From contig NC_068989.1 in NCBI RefSeq assembly GCF_001194135.2, positions 7,769,278 through 7,810,860 on the forward strand: a stretch of DNA of 41,583 nt, in the 5' to 3' direction. Every line of letters begins with the position of its first letter. Within the stretch, counting starts at the first letter, position 1. The position numbers and the translations under genes are program-made. Origin of the DNA: Octopus bimaculoides. Its lineage: Eukaryota. The notes under the pieces were generated by a model, which was not told the DNA's origin, searched no databases, and saw only the letters and a list, made by a program, of their open reading frames with translations. This document shows positions 25,840 to 37,079 of the stretch, piece after piece.

Positions 25840-26047
25840 AATAATAATAATGATTTTGGTACAAAGCCATCAAGTCCGTGGGAAGTCGATTACATCGACA
25901 CCAGTCTACGACTGACATTGATTTTATCGGCTCCCAAAGGATGAAAGGCAAAGTCGACCTCGGCGGAATTTGAACTCAGAACCGACGGACGGGCGAAATA
26001 CCACTAAGCATTTTGTCCAACGTGCTAACGATTCTGCCAGCTCGCCG
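25840..26047 (-). mobile_element. Family A SINE, near full length with (ATT)n tail
   Basis: Reverse complement has GGCGAGCTGGCAGAATCGTTAGCACG, GAGTTCAAATTCCGCCGAGGTCGACTTTGCC and the tail. Confidence 0.9.
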
Positions 26048-27030
26048 CATTGTTTTTACGATTAATAATGGTTACTTGTGCATTAGCTCTTGGCCTCTCC
26101 AAAGCATTTTCATTTGTTTGTCCTAAGCATTTGCATGCCTATTTTCAGAGGTTTAGTTAGTCCTTGTTTCATCCGTTCTGATTAACATAACGCTTTCTTT
26201 TCATAAGTTACTTAATTTTTGATAATAATCGGGAATGTGCATCACATATAGTGTATGGACGCCAGCACAATATGTCCTGTGTATCACAAGGTATGCGATA
26301 TACAGGACAAGTGTTAAAGGTTTTTGTGTCAACTTATTTTGTATGAATTTGTGTTGGAAATTTTCCTGTATTTACATCTTAAGGAATATAAAGTTTTACA
26401 AGGAGAAGGAATATTTTTTCTAATTTCACTGCCAAATTTCGCTGAATATAAAATGATTAGACCACGTGGTCTTCCTTCTCCGTTTCCTCTTATTCGGTTC
26501 TGTAAGCCTGTTATATTAAATAGTCTCATTCGAAACCGCTAGTTGGTGTATACATGTGCAAACGCACTATTCCATTAAATGAAGCTTCGTCATTAGATAA
26601 ATTCGAACTTTTCAGAACTCCATTGGTGGGTATTTCTCTGAAAGAAATACTTTGGATGGTTAGAGTTATGATTAATATTAAATACTGAATAATTTAATCA
26701 AATGCATGCTTGAAATTATTATTCAATAGCGCTAAATGTTTCGTTATGAAATTGGTTATATAGATGTTATTATTTCCAGCAATTTTAAGGTTTAAATTGT
26801 TGAATAGTTTGGTTAGGTCTTTCCTAAATGTTTACGCTTGTTGCCCATTGATATTTTAGGAGATATATAACCGTATTCACTGTATATTCCACCCGTTGTG
26901 TGTATGATGCTTAAAATATATATACAAAAAAAAAAAGACAATTATTAGATTTAAAATTTTATCGAGAATCAGATTCCCATGCTTACGTAAAATGTTTATA
27001 TTATGCTAAATATTCATGTATTTTTAAAGA

Positions 27031-27337
27031 AGCGAATCGATTTTCTAGCGTGCGTTATCATTTGTATCTTGTCAAAGGAGAAAAGCTCTTACCTTTCATG
27101 ACGATAAAGTGTGAACACATTCGACTCATTAGCACAGAGGATTCTAGGACACCGGTGTTTCGACATGCCGCATCTCATCAGCCAGAAGTACTCCGGGTCT
27201 TTGAGTCATGCCAAGTAGCTGGCTGGTCTTTGTTTATACTTTCACAGAACAAATTGTTTGTTTATCAGTGCCTATAGCTGCCTTTCGATATAAAATCGTT
27301 CTTTGCATCGTGCATAGCGTGATCTGGAACGAATATT
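27031..27337 (-). mobile_element. ~300-nt hammerhead-containing unit (candidate non-LTR retrozyme or Penelope-derived monomer), copy A
   Basis: Order on minus strand: segment Y (27337-27285), HHR (27187-27142), segment X (27127-27070). Both X and Y recur at 27636-27793 in inverted and permuted order. Confidence 0.55.
27142..27187 (-). ncRNA. Minimal type-I hammerhead ribozyme with intact catalytic core
   Basis: Minus strand: TTCTGG-CTGATGA-GATGCGGCATGTC-GAA-ACACCGGTGT-C-CTAGAA. Stem I 6 bp (one GU). Canonical CUGAUGA and GAAA. Stem II closed by G-C. Stem III is a perfect 10-nt palindrome. GUC cleavage triplet, with the cut between 27148 and 27147. Confidence 0.85.
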
Positions 27338-27356
27338 TGTATATTTATTGTCAATA

Positions 27357-27418
27357 CAAGCTGGCCCCGTGCCGTCAAAAATGACGGTTAATTGTATTAT
27401 TTTATATATAAATATGGA
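27357..27418 (-). mobile_element. Possible 62-bp mini-Helitron
   Basis: Minus strand A|TCCATATTTATATATAAAA...CCGTCATTTTTGACGG (6-bp hairpin)...CACGGGGCCAGCTTG|T. Shows an A|TC start, a subterminal hairpin, a CTTG end (CTRR expected) and an A-T target. Confidence 0.45.
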
Positions 27419-27635
27419 TGGCAAATCAAATTAACACACTTGTCAATGTTCAAATATATTCGCATACTTCCCTTGTACACGCGCACACATACACATATAC
27501 TCACACAGAGCTGAAATGCAGTTTGATTTTTCTTCTCGGCGTTGAATGTTCACCATTCCCACTAGTTTGCCTTCACCCCTTCCTTTCCCATTCATATGCT
27601 GTGACGGAGAAACACACAAGAGTATTTTTATAGTT

Positions 27636-27793
27636 GATGTCTAGGCACGTTTAGACACAAAGAAGTCGAATGTGTTGGACACAATATCGTCATAAAAGAG
27701 TAAAGTTTTACCCCTTTGACATACACAGCAGCGACTAGCATCTCAATATTCGTTCCAGATTTCGCTATACACGGTGCGAATGATGATTTTATA
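27636..27793 (+). mobile_element. Partial, circularly permuted copy B of the 27031-27337 unit
   Basis: 27663-27721 matches X and 27745-27793 matches Y (each about 75-80% by eye), in the order X then Y. Starts at GATGTCTAG, similar to the GGTGTC^CTAG cleavage site of copy A. Confidence 0.7.
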
Positions 27794-28004
27794 GATACAT
27801 CTTTATTTTATCGCAAATGTATTTGATATGCTGCTGTTCCTAAATGTACATCCAGACGTTTTGTGGATTTTGTGTAGCAATATTTTTATTAATTCCCCCA
27901 CCAAATTACTTATCTTGTACCAAAATTTCGCATTCGCTGCGGGATTTCCTCCTACAAAGTAATTTCTCTTTATAAATTGTATGTAAAAATACATTGAACC
28001 TCTC

Positions 28005-28062
28005 TCCCACCCTCTCTCTCTTTCTCTCTCACACATACACCAACACACAAACACACTCTTTC

Positions 28063-28123
<61 letters not shown>

Positions 28124-28658
28124 ACACACTCATACCATATACACAAAACACACATACATACATACGTACATAGATACATATATATGTATGTATATGTACG
28201 CATATGCATATATTTATAAATACACAAACACATACATATTCATATATACATAAATATATTATACATATGTATATATATATATATATATATATATNNNNNN
28301 NNNNNNNNNNNNNNNNNNNNNNNNNNNNNNNNNNNNNNNNNNNNNNNNNNNNNNNNNNNNNNNNNNNNNNNNNNNNNNNNNNNNNNNNNNNNNNNNNNNN
28401 NNNNNNNNNNNNNNNNNNNNNNNNNNNNNNNNNNNNNNNNNNNNNNNNNNNNNNNNNNNNNNNNNNNNNNNNNNNNNNNNNNNNNNNNNNNNNNNNNNNN
28501 NNNNNNNNNNNNNNNNNNNNNNNNNNNNNNNNNNNNNNNNNNNNNNNNNNNNNNNNNNNNNNNNNNNNNNNNNNNNNNNNNNNNNNNNNNNNNNNNNNNN
28601 NNNNNNNNNNNNNNNNNNNNNNNNNNNNNNNNNNNNNNNNNNNNNNNNNNNNNNNNNN

Positions 28659-28706
<48 letters not shown>

Positions 28707-28830
28707 GGATTTGTATACATTGATATGTATATATACCTACGTATATATATGTGTGTGTGTATGTATATATACATACATATATATGTCTATACGCGTATAT
28801 ATGTATATGTAAATATATACGTTTGTGTGT
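28005..28830. repeat. CT, TATC, AC and TA microsatellites around an N gap
   Basis: Directly visible. Confidence 0.95.
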
Positions 28831-30199
28831 GAGTATGTGTATGTAGGTATCCTTTGATATAATATTTAAACATAAACACGTAAATACATTTAAAATCTCT
28901 AACTCCACATCTCTTTAATTCTCCAATGACCTGAATATATTTGACACTCAGCAGTTTTACATATATTTTACATTTGTTTTCTGTTTGCTAGATTAACACT
29001 TTGAGGCCATTCCACCGGCACCCTACCGCCAGCACCATATCTATAATCTATCGTAATATGTCATCACGTCGAATCCACTCACGAACCACAAACATCGCGC
29101 CACCCATGCGCCATAAACAACAGCATATACAATCTCAATACAGTCGATCGGAATTTTTATAAAAATCAGGAAGTAATTTCTTAAAGATAATTCGAAGGAA
29201 GAAAACAAAAGTTAATCTTTGTACGCAAACAAAGGAAGATTATGGGCATGTTTTAACCTATTGGATCTCAATAGCGAATTACAGTTTAGCCAAGCCTGCT
29301 GGTGACCCGGCATTGTCTTTTGGTTGCAGAAAAAGTGTGAATTACTTTTGGGAACTGTATAATTTCCAAAATATATCAATAAAATGAGCAAAAAAGAGAA
29401 ATTCGAATGACCTGAATACACGCGCGTGCACAAACAGACAGAGAGAGAGACAGAGAGACAGAGACAGAGAGACAGACAGACACACACACACACACACACA
29501 TTTATACAAACATACATATGTATGTATATTATTTAATGTTATAAAAATTCAGAAACTTCGACAGAACGTAAAGTCATTTGTTTTAAACAGTAGAACGTCT
29601 GAATTTTTTAACCCTACATTTAAACGCCATTTTAGCATTATCAGCTCAAAGTTCAACTGTTAAAAAAACAAATTACAGCGACGAACGACTGCTCGGTATA
29701 AGCAGCTGACGAAGTGTATCAACGCAGAAACTCACTCGCCCTACATCATCAATGGTCTAGTTTTGAGTTTACAACTATATTGTCTATAAGGAGAATTCCT
29801 TCCGTCAAGACAACAGAATATTGCCTTTCCTTCTCTGAATGTACTTGGACGTGTTAAATAAAACTTTACATTACTATATTTCATTCAATGCTGTTTGGTG
29901 CGTCTTTAATTAAAATATTATCCATTTATTTTCAAGCTGGTAGTTTGTTTTTATGCGAAAATTGATGTAATAAATCTTGTGACGTTTCTTTCTTTGTGTG
30001 TGGCAAGGTGCCCAAAGCTTTTGGAATTAGTACTTTGGTTTTTGTTATAATAAGACCTTCATACGATAACTTTCTTATGCATGCAAATACGATATCGTAA
30101 TCTTATATACTAAATGGTTAGCAAATGGATACGATAATGAAAGCAGAAAGTGTATATTTCTTCTTGAAGTTGTAGTTTCTTGGACTTTAAAGATCCGAT

Positions 30200-30378
30200 T
30201 TATAATTGTTTCAAATTCTGCCACCAGACCTGCAAATTGGAAGGAGGAATTGATTAAATCGATCTCAATATTTAACTAATACTTTATCAACCTTGAAGGG
30301 ATGAAAGACAAAACTGAAATCACAACGTAGAGATCCGAAAGAAATGCCGCTAACCATTTTTGAACGACGCTTATCGCC
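30200..30378 (-). mobile_element. Highly diverged family A SINE
   Basis: ATTGATTAAATCGATCTCAATA...TACTTTATCAACCTTGAAGGGATGAAAGACAAA...GAAATGCCGCTAACCATTTT aligns loosely with the other copies. Confidence 0.55.
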
Positions 30379-30764
30379 GGTTTAATCTTATCTATAATTT
30401 ATGCATTTGCATGTCTGTGTACGTACATAAGTACTGGTTAAATGTGAACATAAGCGCTGGTTAAACGCACAAATTCATATTTAGACACTTGAAGTTTAAT
30501 GTAACAATGTTAAAAATAATTATATTTTGAATTACGATTTATAACTGCTTTTATTCTTCGTCGTTCTAAAATAAGAATTTTGATAAACATTTATTTGTCA
30601 TTTAGTCTTCGACATTACATCAACAATCGATGTATTTTTTCAGAATCAGTCAGTCTGTCTGTCTACACATCTTTCATTCCAATTTGGTAATTATCTAATG
30701 TACGATCTATCTTCCTGTCTGGCGATCCATCTTCACCCACAACTCTAGGTTAGATCGTGCGGTA

Positions 30765-31140
30765 CAGTCGTCAGGCACCTCTTCCATGGGGTCCTATCAG
30801 AAGCAACTGTCATTATATTTTCCTCCGTGATTCCCAAGTATGAGTATTTAATACTATGGATATCATCCAATCACTTTGAATCGTGGTCTACCGCTAAGTC
30901 TCCTGCCAGTTGACTCGGCTTGAAGAATTCGTCTTGCGATCCTTTCCTACGACATTCTAATCGCATGTCCGTAGTACTGGAGCTGTGACCTCTCAATGCT
31001 TAGATGTAACAGCGGACCTGGTGAAACGCCCTGGTCTTCCAACGTTCATTCGATCAAGAAACGTGCCTCCCTGGAAAGTTGTAACTAGGGATCAGCTAAC
31101 AAGGTTTGTAATAGTAAGCTTCTTGGTTTTGCCGGTTTCA
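30765..31140 (-). mobile_element. RTE-clade LINE ORF2 C-terminal fragment, decayed
   Basis: Minus frame PLLHLSIERSQLQYYGHAIRMS*ERIARRILQAESTGRRLSGRPRFK matches the RTE C-terminal signature (i...rL.w.GHv.Rm...r....l...p.g.R..GRP..rW). Confidence 0.85.
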
Positions 31141-31446
31141 ATCTCATGAAATACAGCACTGCATTTAGCGGAGATCTATACTAACTTTAAAATAAACATA
31201 TTTTCATAGTGCCTTTTTTTTTTCTTCAGTTTTTGCTTATAGACCATTCTAAAAATAATATAGGCGACCGCAGAGTTTATTTGTTTGTTTAGAAGTAGTT
31301 TCAATGTTTACAGAATTATGTTACACATTAAAGAAACAGATACCTCACCAAAGAGGCCAAAAGGAAATAGCATCCTGTATATATATATATATATGTATGT
31401 ATGTATGTATATACGCATATATATATATATATATATGTAGGTATAT

Positions 31447-31517
<71 letters not shown>

Positions 31518-31829
31518 CATGTATGCATACTGTATATATATGCTATGTAACTATTTTCGATGTTCTTCCACAACTACACACACACACACATATACATATA
31601 CATTCAAGTATATATACTCATATATAAACATATATTTAAACAAATATATACACACACATACATATACATATATACATACATACACACGCGCGCGCACATA
31701 TAAATGTTCGTTTTTATGTTATTGCTCAATACTTGCCGTAGAGTACAAATTTATTATTCTTTAGCAAGGGCAATATTGACAGTGACTTCGAAGCTATCAT
31801 CGACAGGTAAGTGCCATCATGTGCCTATC

Positions 31830-32202
31830 AGTGCTCGACCACATGTTGGCACAAAGAACGTTACTCAAGTTACAGGAACTGAACTTGGAAATACTCTGTC
31901 ATCCACCATATTCAGTAGACTTTGCACCAACTGACTATCACATTTTCGAGACATTAGACAAACTTTTTATCATGAAAAAAACTTGAAATCTGAAGAAGAT
32001 GCAAAAACAGCCTTTTGTGATTTCATTACTTCTTGCTCTCCAGAATTCTTCACTGCCAGCATAAATAAGCTACTGATAAAATGACATAATTGTGTTGATA
32101 ATTCCGGTGCATACTTTGGATTAACTGCATTGCTTTTTGTTGAGATGAACTAAAATAAACTTTCAGTTCAAAATCGGACATTTCATTCTTAATGATCTGA
32201 TA
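31830..32202 (+). mobile_element. Mariner transposon 3' fragment (transposase C-terminus and right end)
   Basis: ARPHV..QRTLLKLQELNLEILCHPPYSVDFAPTDYHIF (YSPDLAP motif region) ... ASINKLLIK*HNCVD, then a putative terminal repeat ending at TA ~32201. Confidence 0.9.
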
Positions 32203-33132
32203 TATACAAAAAAAAAAAGGTTCATTTTCAAATTTCTGAAAGCTCTAATGTGCGATCTAATGAACACAAAGAGAAAAAAATTCTCACTTGCAAGCTTAAA
32301 GCTTCTAATTTACACGATTAAGTGTTAGTGAGACTCTCTGGTGCAGCAATATCTAGCCAGTTGCTTTTCTGGTCGCAATATGTTTCAAGCACCGTGTGTG
32401 ACATTGTTCACCTTTTCCGTGAGGAGGTTTTTACGCAACACATTAAAAGCTATTATTCATAGCTAAATTTGCATTTCAGCTTCTGTGTAAAATGACATGT
32501 GTAGTTATCTATGTATAAATATACTTGAATACACACACACGAGCATATAAGCATTTAACGAAGGATTCTGTGAGAGTTTTAATTCATTAATATGCGCAAA
32601 TACACACACACATTATATATATATATAATGTGTATATATATTATATGTATATGTATATGTATATGTATGTATATATTATTAAGACAGTTTATGCGTGCAT
32701 ATNNNNNNNNNNNNNNNNNNNNNNNNNNNNNNNNNNNNNNNNNNNNNNNNNNNNNNNNNNNNNNNNNNNNNNNNNNNNNNNNNNNNNNNNNNNNNNNNNN
32801 NNNNNNNNNNNNNNNNNNNNNNNNNNNNNNNNNNNNNNNNNNNNNNNNNNNNNNNNNNNNNNNNNNNNNNNNNNNNNNNNNNNNNNNNNNNNNNNNNNNN
32901 NNNNNNNNNNNNNNNNNNNNNNNNNNNNNNNNNNNNNNNNNNNNNNNNNNNNNNNNNNNNNNNNNNNNNNNNNNNNNNNNNNNNNNNNNNNNNNNNNNNN
33001 NNNNNNNNNNNNNNNNNNNNNNNNNNNNNNNNNNNNNNNNNNNNNNNNNNNNNNNNNNNNNNNNNNNNNNNNNNNNNNNNNNNNNNNNNNNNNNNNNNNN
33101 NNNNNNNNNNNNNNNNNNNNNNNNNNNNNNNN

Positions 33133-33194
<62 letters not shown>

Positions 33195-33678
33195 ACATAT
33201 ATGTGCGTATGAGTACATATTCATATATGTGGTGACTATACTCTATACACTTCTTGGTGTGAGTGTGTGTGAGAGTTTGAGAAGGAGAAAAAGAAAGTTA
33301 AGAGGAGAGAGAAAGGAACAGAGAGAGAGAGAGAGAGGGGGGGAGAGACTGTGTGTGACGTAAGCAAACACAAATACATACATTTAAAATCTGAAATGCC
33401 CGTTTGATCTAAACTGCACCGAATTGCCGTCAATCAATGATGTTCATTCTATACACCTCCTCTGTGATTATCAGAGCATGTTTGTAAATAATTTAGTCTG
33501 TGTAATTTGCCAGTGCTGGCCAAATTGAGGGAATCGTTGAGTCAGACCTGCTTTTACCGGTCAACATAATCTCGTTTTCAATAATATCGTTTCTTTTGAT
33601 TGTCTAATGGGAATTGCTTTGGATATTTGTCGGAATTATAGCAACAGGAATTATTAATTGGGAAATAACACTTGATTG

Positions 33679-33720
<42 letters not shown>

Positions 33721-33767
33721 TGTGTGTGTGAGTACATACATACATTCATACATACGTATATATATAA

Positions 33768-33963
33768 CGGAGTAAGCAAATATAAATGCGAAATAAGGTG
33801 GAAAAAAATGGTACTCGAATACAAGAGGTAGAGTAATATGCTTTATTTAAAAGCAGCAGAAATATCACAAAACTGCTACTCAGAGTTTCACGTTCCCGTT
33901 TGTCGGACAGTTTTTTTTTAGAATGGACGACGAACGGGGACGTGAAACTCAGAGTTAACGGTT
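33768..33963. mobile_element. Penelope-like terminal-repeat remnant with two inverted hammerhead-like motifs
   Basis: Minus 33912-33871: AACTGT-CCGACAA-ACG(GGAA)CGT-GAA-ACTCTGAGT-A-GCAGTT, followed by AATAAA (33842-33847). Plus ~33921-33963: ACGACGA-ACG(GGGA)CGT-GAA-ACTCAGAGT-T-AACGGTT. Both cores deviate from CUGAnGA. Confidence 0.6.
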
Positions 33964-34616
33964 ATAGTAACCGACTAAGGGATAATATATTCGCACATAC
34001 TATCGGTATCCGTTACCTGTATTATCTCTGGATTTTGGTGTGCAGGCACACCTTACAAGTAGAATGCAGATAACAACAGGATAAACAAGAGCTTATCAGG
34101 AACCAATGCAAATAATTAGAAATTGGAGAAAACCACAGATTAACCAACACATCGATTGGACCCCATTTATAGCTTATTTCTTAATAGAAAGCATGACATA
34201 ACAAAATAGGTGACATCAGATATCTTACGGCCGTTACTGATCGGATTGCTAAAATGCAGTCTATACATAAATGCGAAAATAAAATTCTTCATCTTCATAG
34301 GGCATAAGAATTAAGGCAACGGATGTTCATCAGAGTGAAAAACAAGAGCATACAATATAAACAAAAGGAAGAAGGAAAAGGAAAGATTAGATGGGTTAGA
34401 CAAATAGTCTTGGAGCCCAATATGTTAAGAGCAAATAATTATTTACCATCAGGGATACAGGGCCGGTAGTATAGGTCTAGGGAATACTACGATTTATTGA
34501 CGGGTAGGTGCAATTTGAAGGGGTTTCAGGATGTTTGAAAAAATAAGTCATCGAGAAACTATATATATAGTTTCTTGATAACTTCTTTTATTAAACATCC
34601 TGAACCCCCCTGAGAC

Positions 34617-34634
34617 AGCACACGCGCGCGCACG

Positions 34635-34672
<38 letters not shown>

Positions 34673-34748
34673 TATTTATATGTATGACTGTGTATGTATA
34701 TCTGTGCATGCATCTATGGCTATTTATCTGTTTATTGTGCCTACCTCT

Positions 34749-34800
<52 letters not shown>

Positions 34801-34851
34801 ATATCTATATATCTATTTATCTATCTATCTGTCTGTCTGTCTATCTATCTA

Positions 34852-34908
<57 letters not shown>

Positions 34909-34965
34909 TTATCTGTCTGTGTGTGTATGTGTGTGTGTGTGTGCGTTTGTGTGTATGCTTATGTG
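34617..34965. repeat. (AC)n, (TCTA)n/(TCTG)n, (GT)n
   Basis: Directly visible. Confidence 0.95.
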
Positions 34966-37038
34966 TACATAGGTCAAATACATCTCCATGCATCAAACCT
35001 CCATTCCAAGTACTAAACTTCTGTTCACAAGGTATAGCTAAAATCAAACATCTTTTGTAAAAATTGATAAATATGATACTCTATTAAAAAGTATTGATTG
35101 ATCCCTCAATTAAATACGCAACTGTTTTTACATATAAATTTACACAAGACGAAACACACGCGCACACACACACACACATTGGTGTGTGTGCGCGAGGAAT
35201 GGGGGTGGGGGTATGAATGTGTAATTTTCGGACTGAAATTCTGAAAACTGTGCAAGATTCTACATAAAGCAGACTGTCTTTTGGAATAATGATTTATGTA
35301 ATACATCTCTTAGTGTTTGTGATAGCCACAGACAACGGGAAAATACAATAAACTGAACTTCGAACACTGTTACACACGCGCGCGCACACACACGCGCACA
35401 CACACACACACACATGCCAGTGAAACAACTTTTACTTGAATATGTATATTTTAATTTGAGTTTTCTTTTGTACCGTCTTCTACAGTATATCATATATTGT
35501 ATTATGCACGTTTTAACGTAGTCACACTAATATATTCAAAGCCATGGGGAACTCAAGTAATTTTTGCATGTAAATATTCTCTTATTGTATTTGATATACA
35601 CATGCATGTTTGACTAGATACCTGTATGTATATATGCATATATGCATTTAGGTAGACACATGTATAAGTATTATTTATATTATGTTACAACAGAAAGATA
35701 CAGAGAGAAAACTATTGAAAAAGAGTGAATATGTGTTTTAAAGAGTGTAATAAATTAGTTACGCATCCATTACTGCACAGTTTCGCCATTGTGATTGATT
35801 TTATTGTAGAGATCTGAATATTTATGTGTATGTGTCGTTATTCTTTAAAATGGTTCAATATTGGGAAGTAACTTGTTGATTTATACATGTACATGTGTTT
35901 TTGTGTGTGAGAAAGTGCTGCACTTTTGCATGCAGTAACTTAACAATGCACAATTTCTCTCTCTACCTCTCTGACCCTCTCTCTATCTGACTCTTTTTCA
36001 TTCACTCTCTCTCTTTCTGTATGTCTGTCTGTCTGTCTCTCTCATATACGTATGTTATATATATGTATACGTGCATATATATTAATGTGCACATGTGAGT
36101 ACAAATATTTCCAAATTCACATACCAGACGTTCAGTGACACACATGGTACATAATGAATACTAATACATACAAATATATATTCAGGTGTTCGCTTATAAT
36201 CATACACGCAATATAAATAATTATTTATATATACGTAGACAAATATTAATTAGATGAAAATATTATCACTAGAAAATGACGAATGGAAAGCAAAAAAAAA
36301 AAAAGTATTTCATTAACATTGTATTTACCTGTACCTGTTTCTCGCAACCACTGTGTTTATGTGTGCACGCACGTGTGTGTGTATGTGCATATACATGTAT
36401 ATGTATTCAAATATATATGATTATATATTTCGTATATATATATATATNNNNNNNNNNNNNNNNNNNNNNNNNNNNNNNNNNNNNNNNNNNNNNNNNNNNN
36501 NNNNNNNNNNNNNNNNNNNNNNNNNNNNNNNNNNNNNNNNNNNNNNNNNNNNNNNNNNNNNNNNNNNNNNNNNNNNNNNNNNNNNNNNNNNNNNNNNNNN
36601 NNNNNNNNNNNNNNNNNNNNNNNNNNNNNNNNNNNNNNNNNNNNNNNNNNNNNNNNNNNNNNNNNNNNNNNNNNNNNNNNNNNNNNNNNNNNNNNNNNNN
36701 NNNNNNNNNNNNNNNNNNNNNNNNNNNNNNNNNNNNNNNNNNNNNNNNNNNNNNNNNNNNNNNNNNNNNNNNNNNNNNNNNNNNNNNNNNNNNNNNNNNN
36801 NNNNNNNNNNNNNNNNNNNNNNNNNNNNNNNNNNNNNNNNNNNNNNNNNNNNNNNNNNNNNNNNNNNNNNNNNNNNNNNNNNNNNNNNNNNNNNNNNNNN
36901 NNNNNNNNNATATATATAGACACACACACATATATTGCTAGTTAGCTAGTTAGATAGATAGTGTTAGACAAGCAGGCTATATTTGTATTTAAGTATGTAT
37001 GTATGTATGTATGTATGTATGCAAGTATGTGTGTATAT

Positions 37039-37079
<41 letters not shown>

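Noticed and set aside
27910-27951. 42-nt minus-strand exon candidate encoding GGNPAANAKFWYKI, reminiscent of the Ig-domain GGNP...W motif
   Set aside because: The P-to-W spacing is one residue off, the upstream cysteine is missing and the donor is weak, so it is likely chance.
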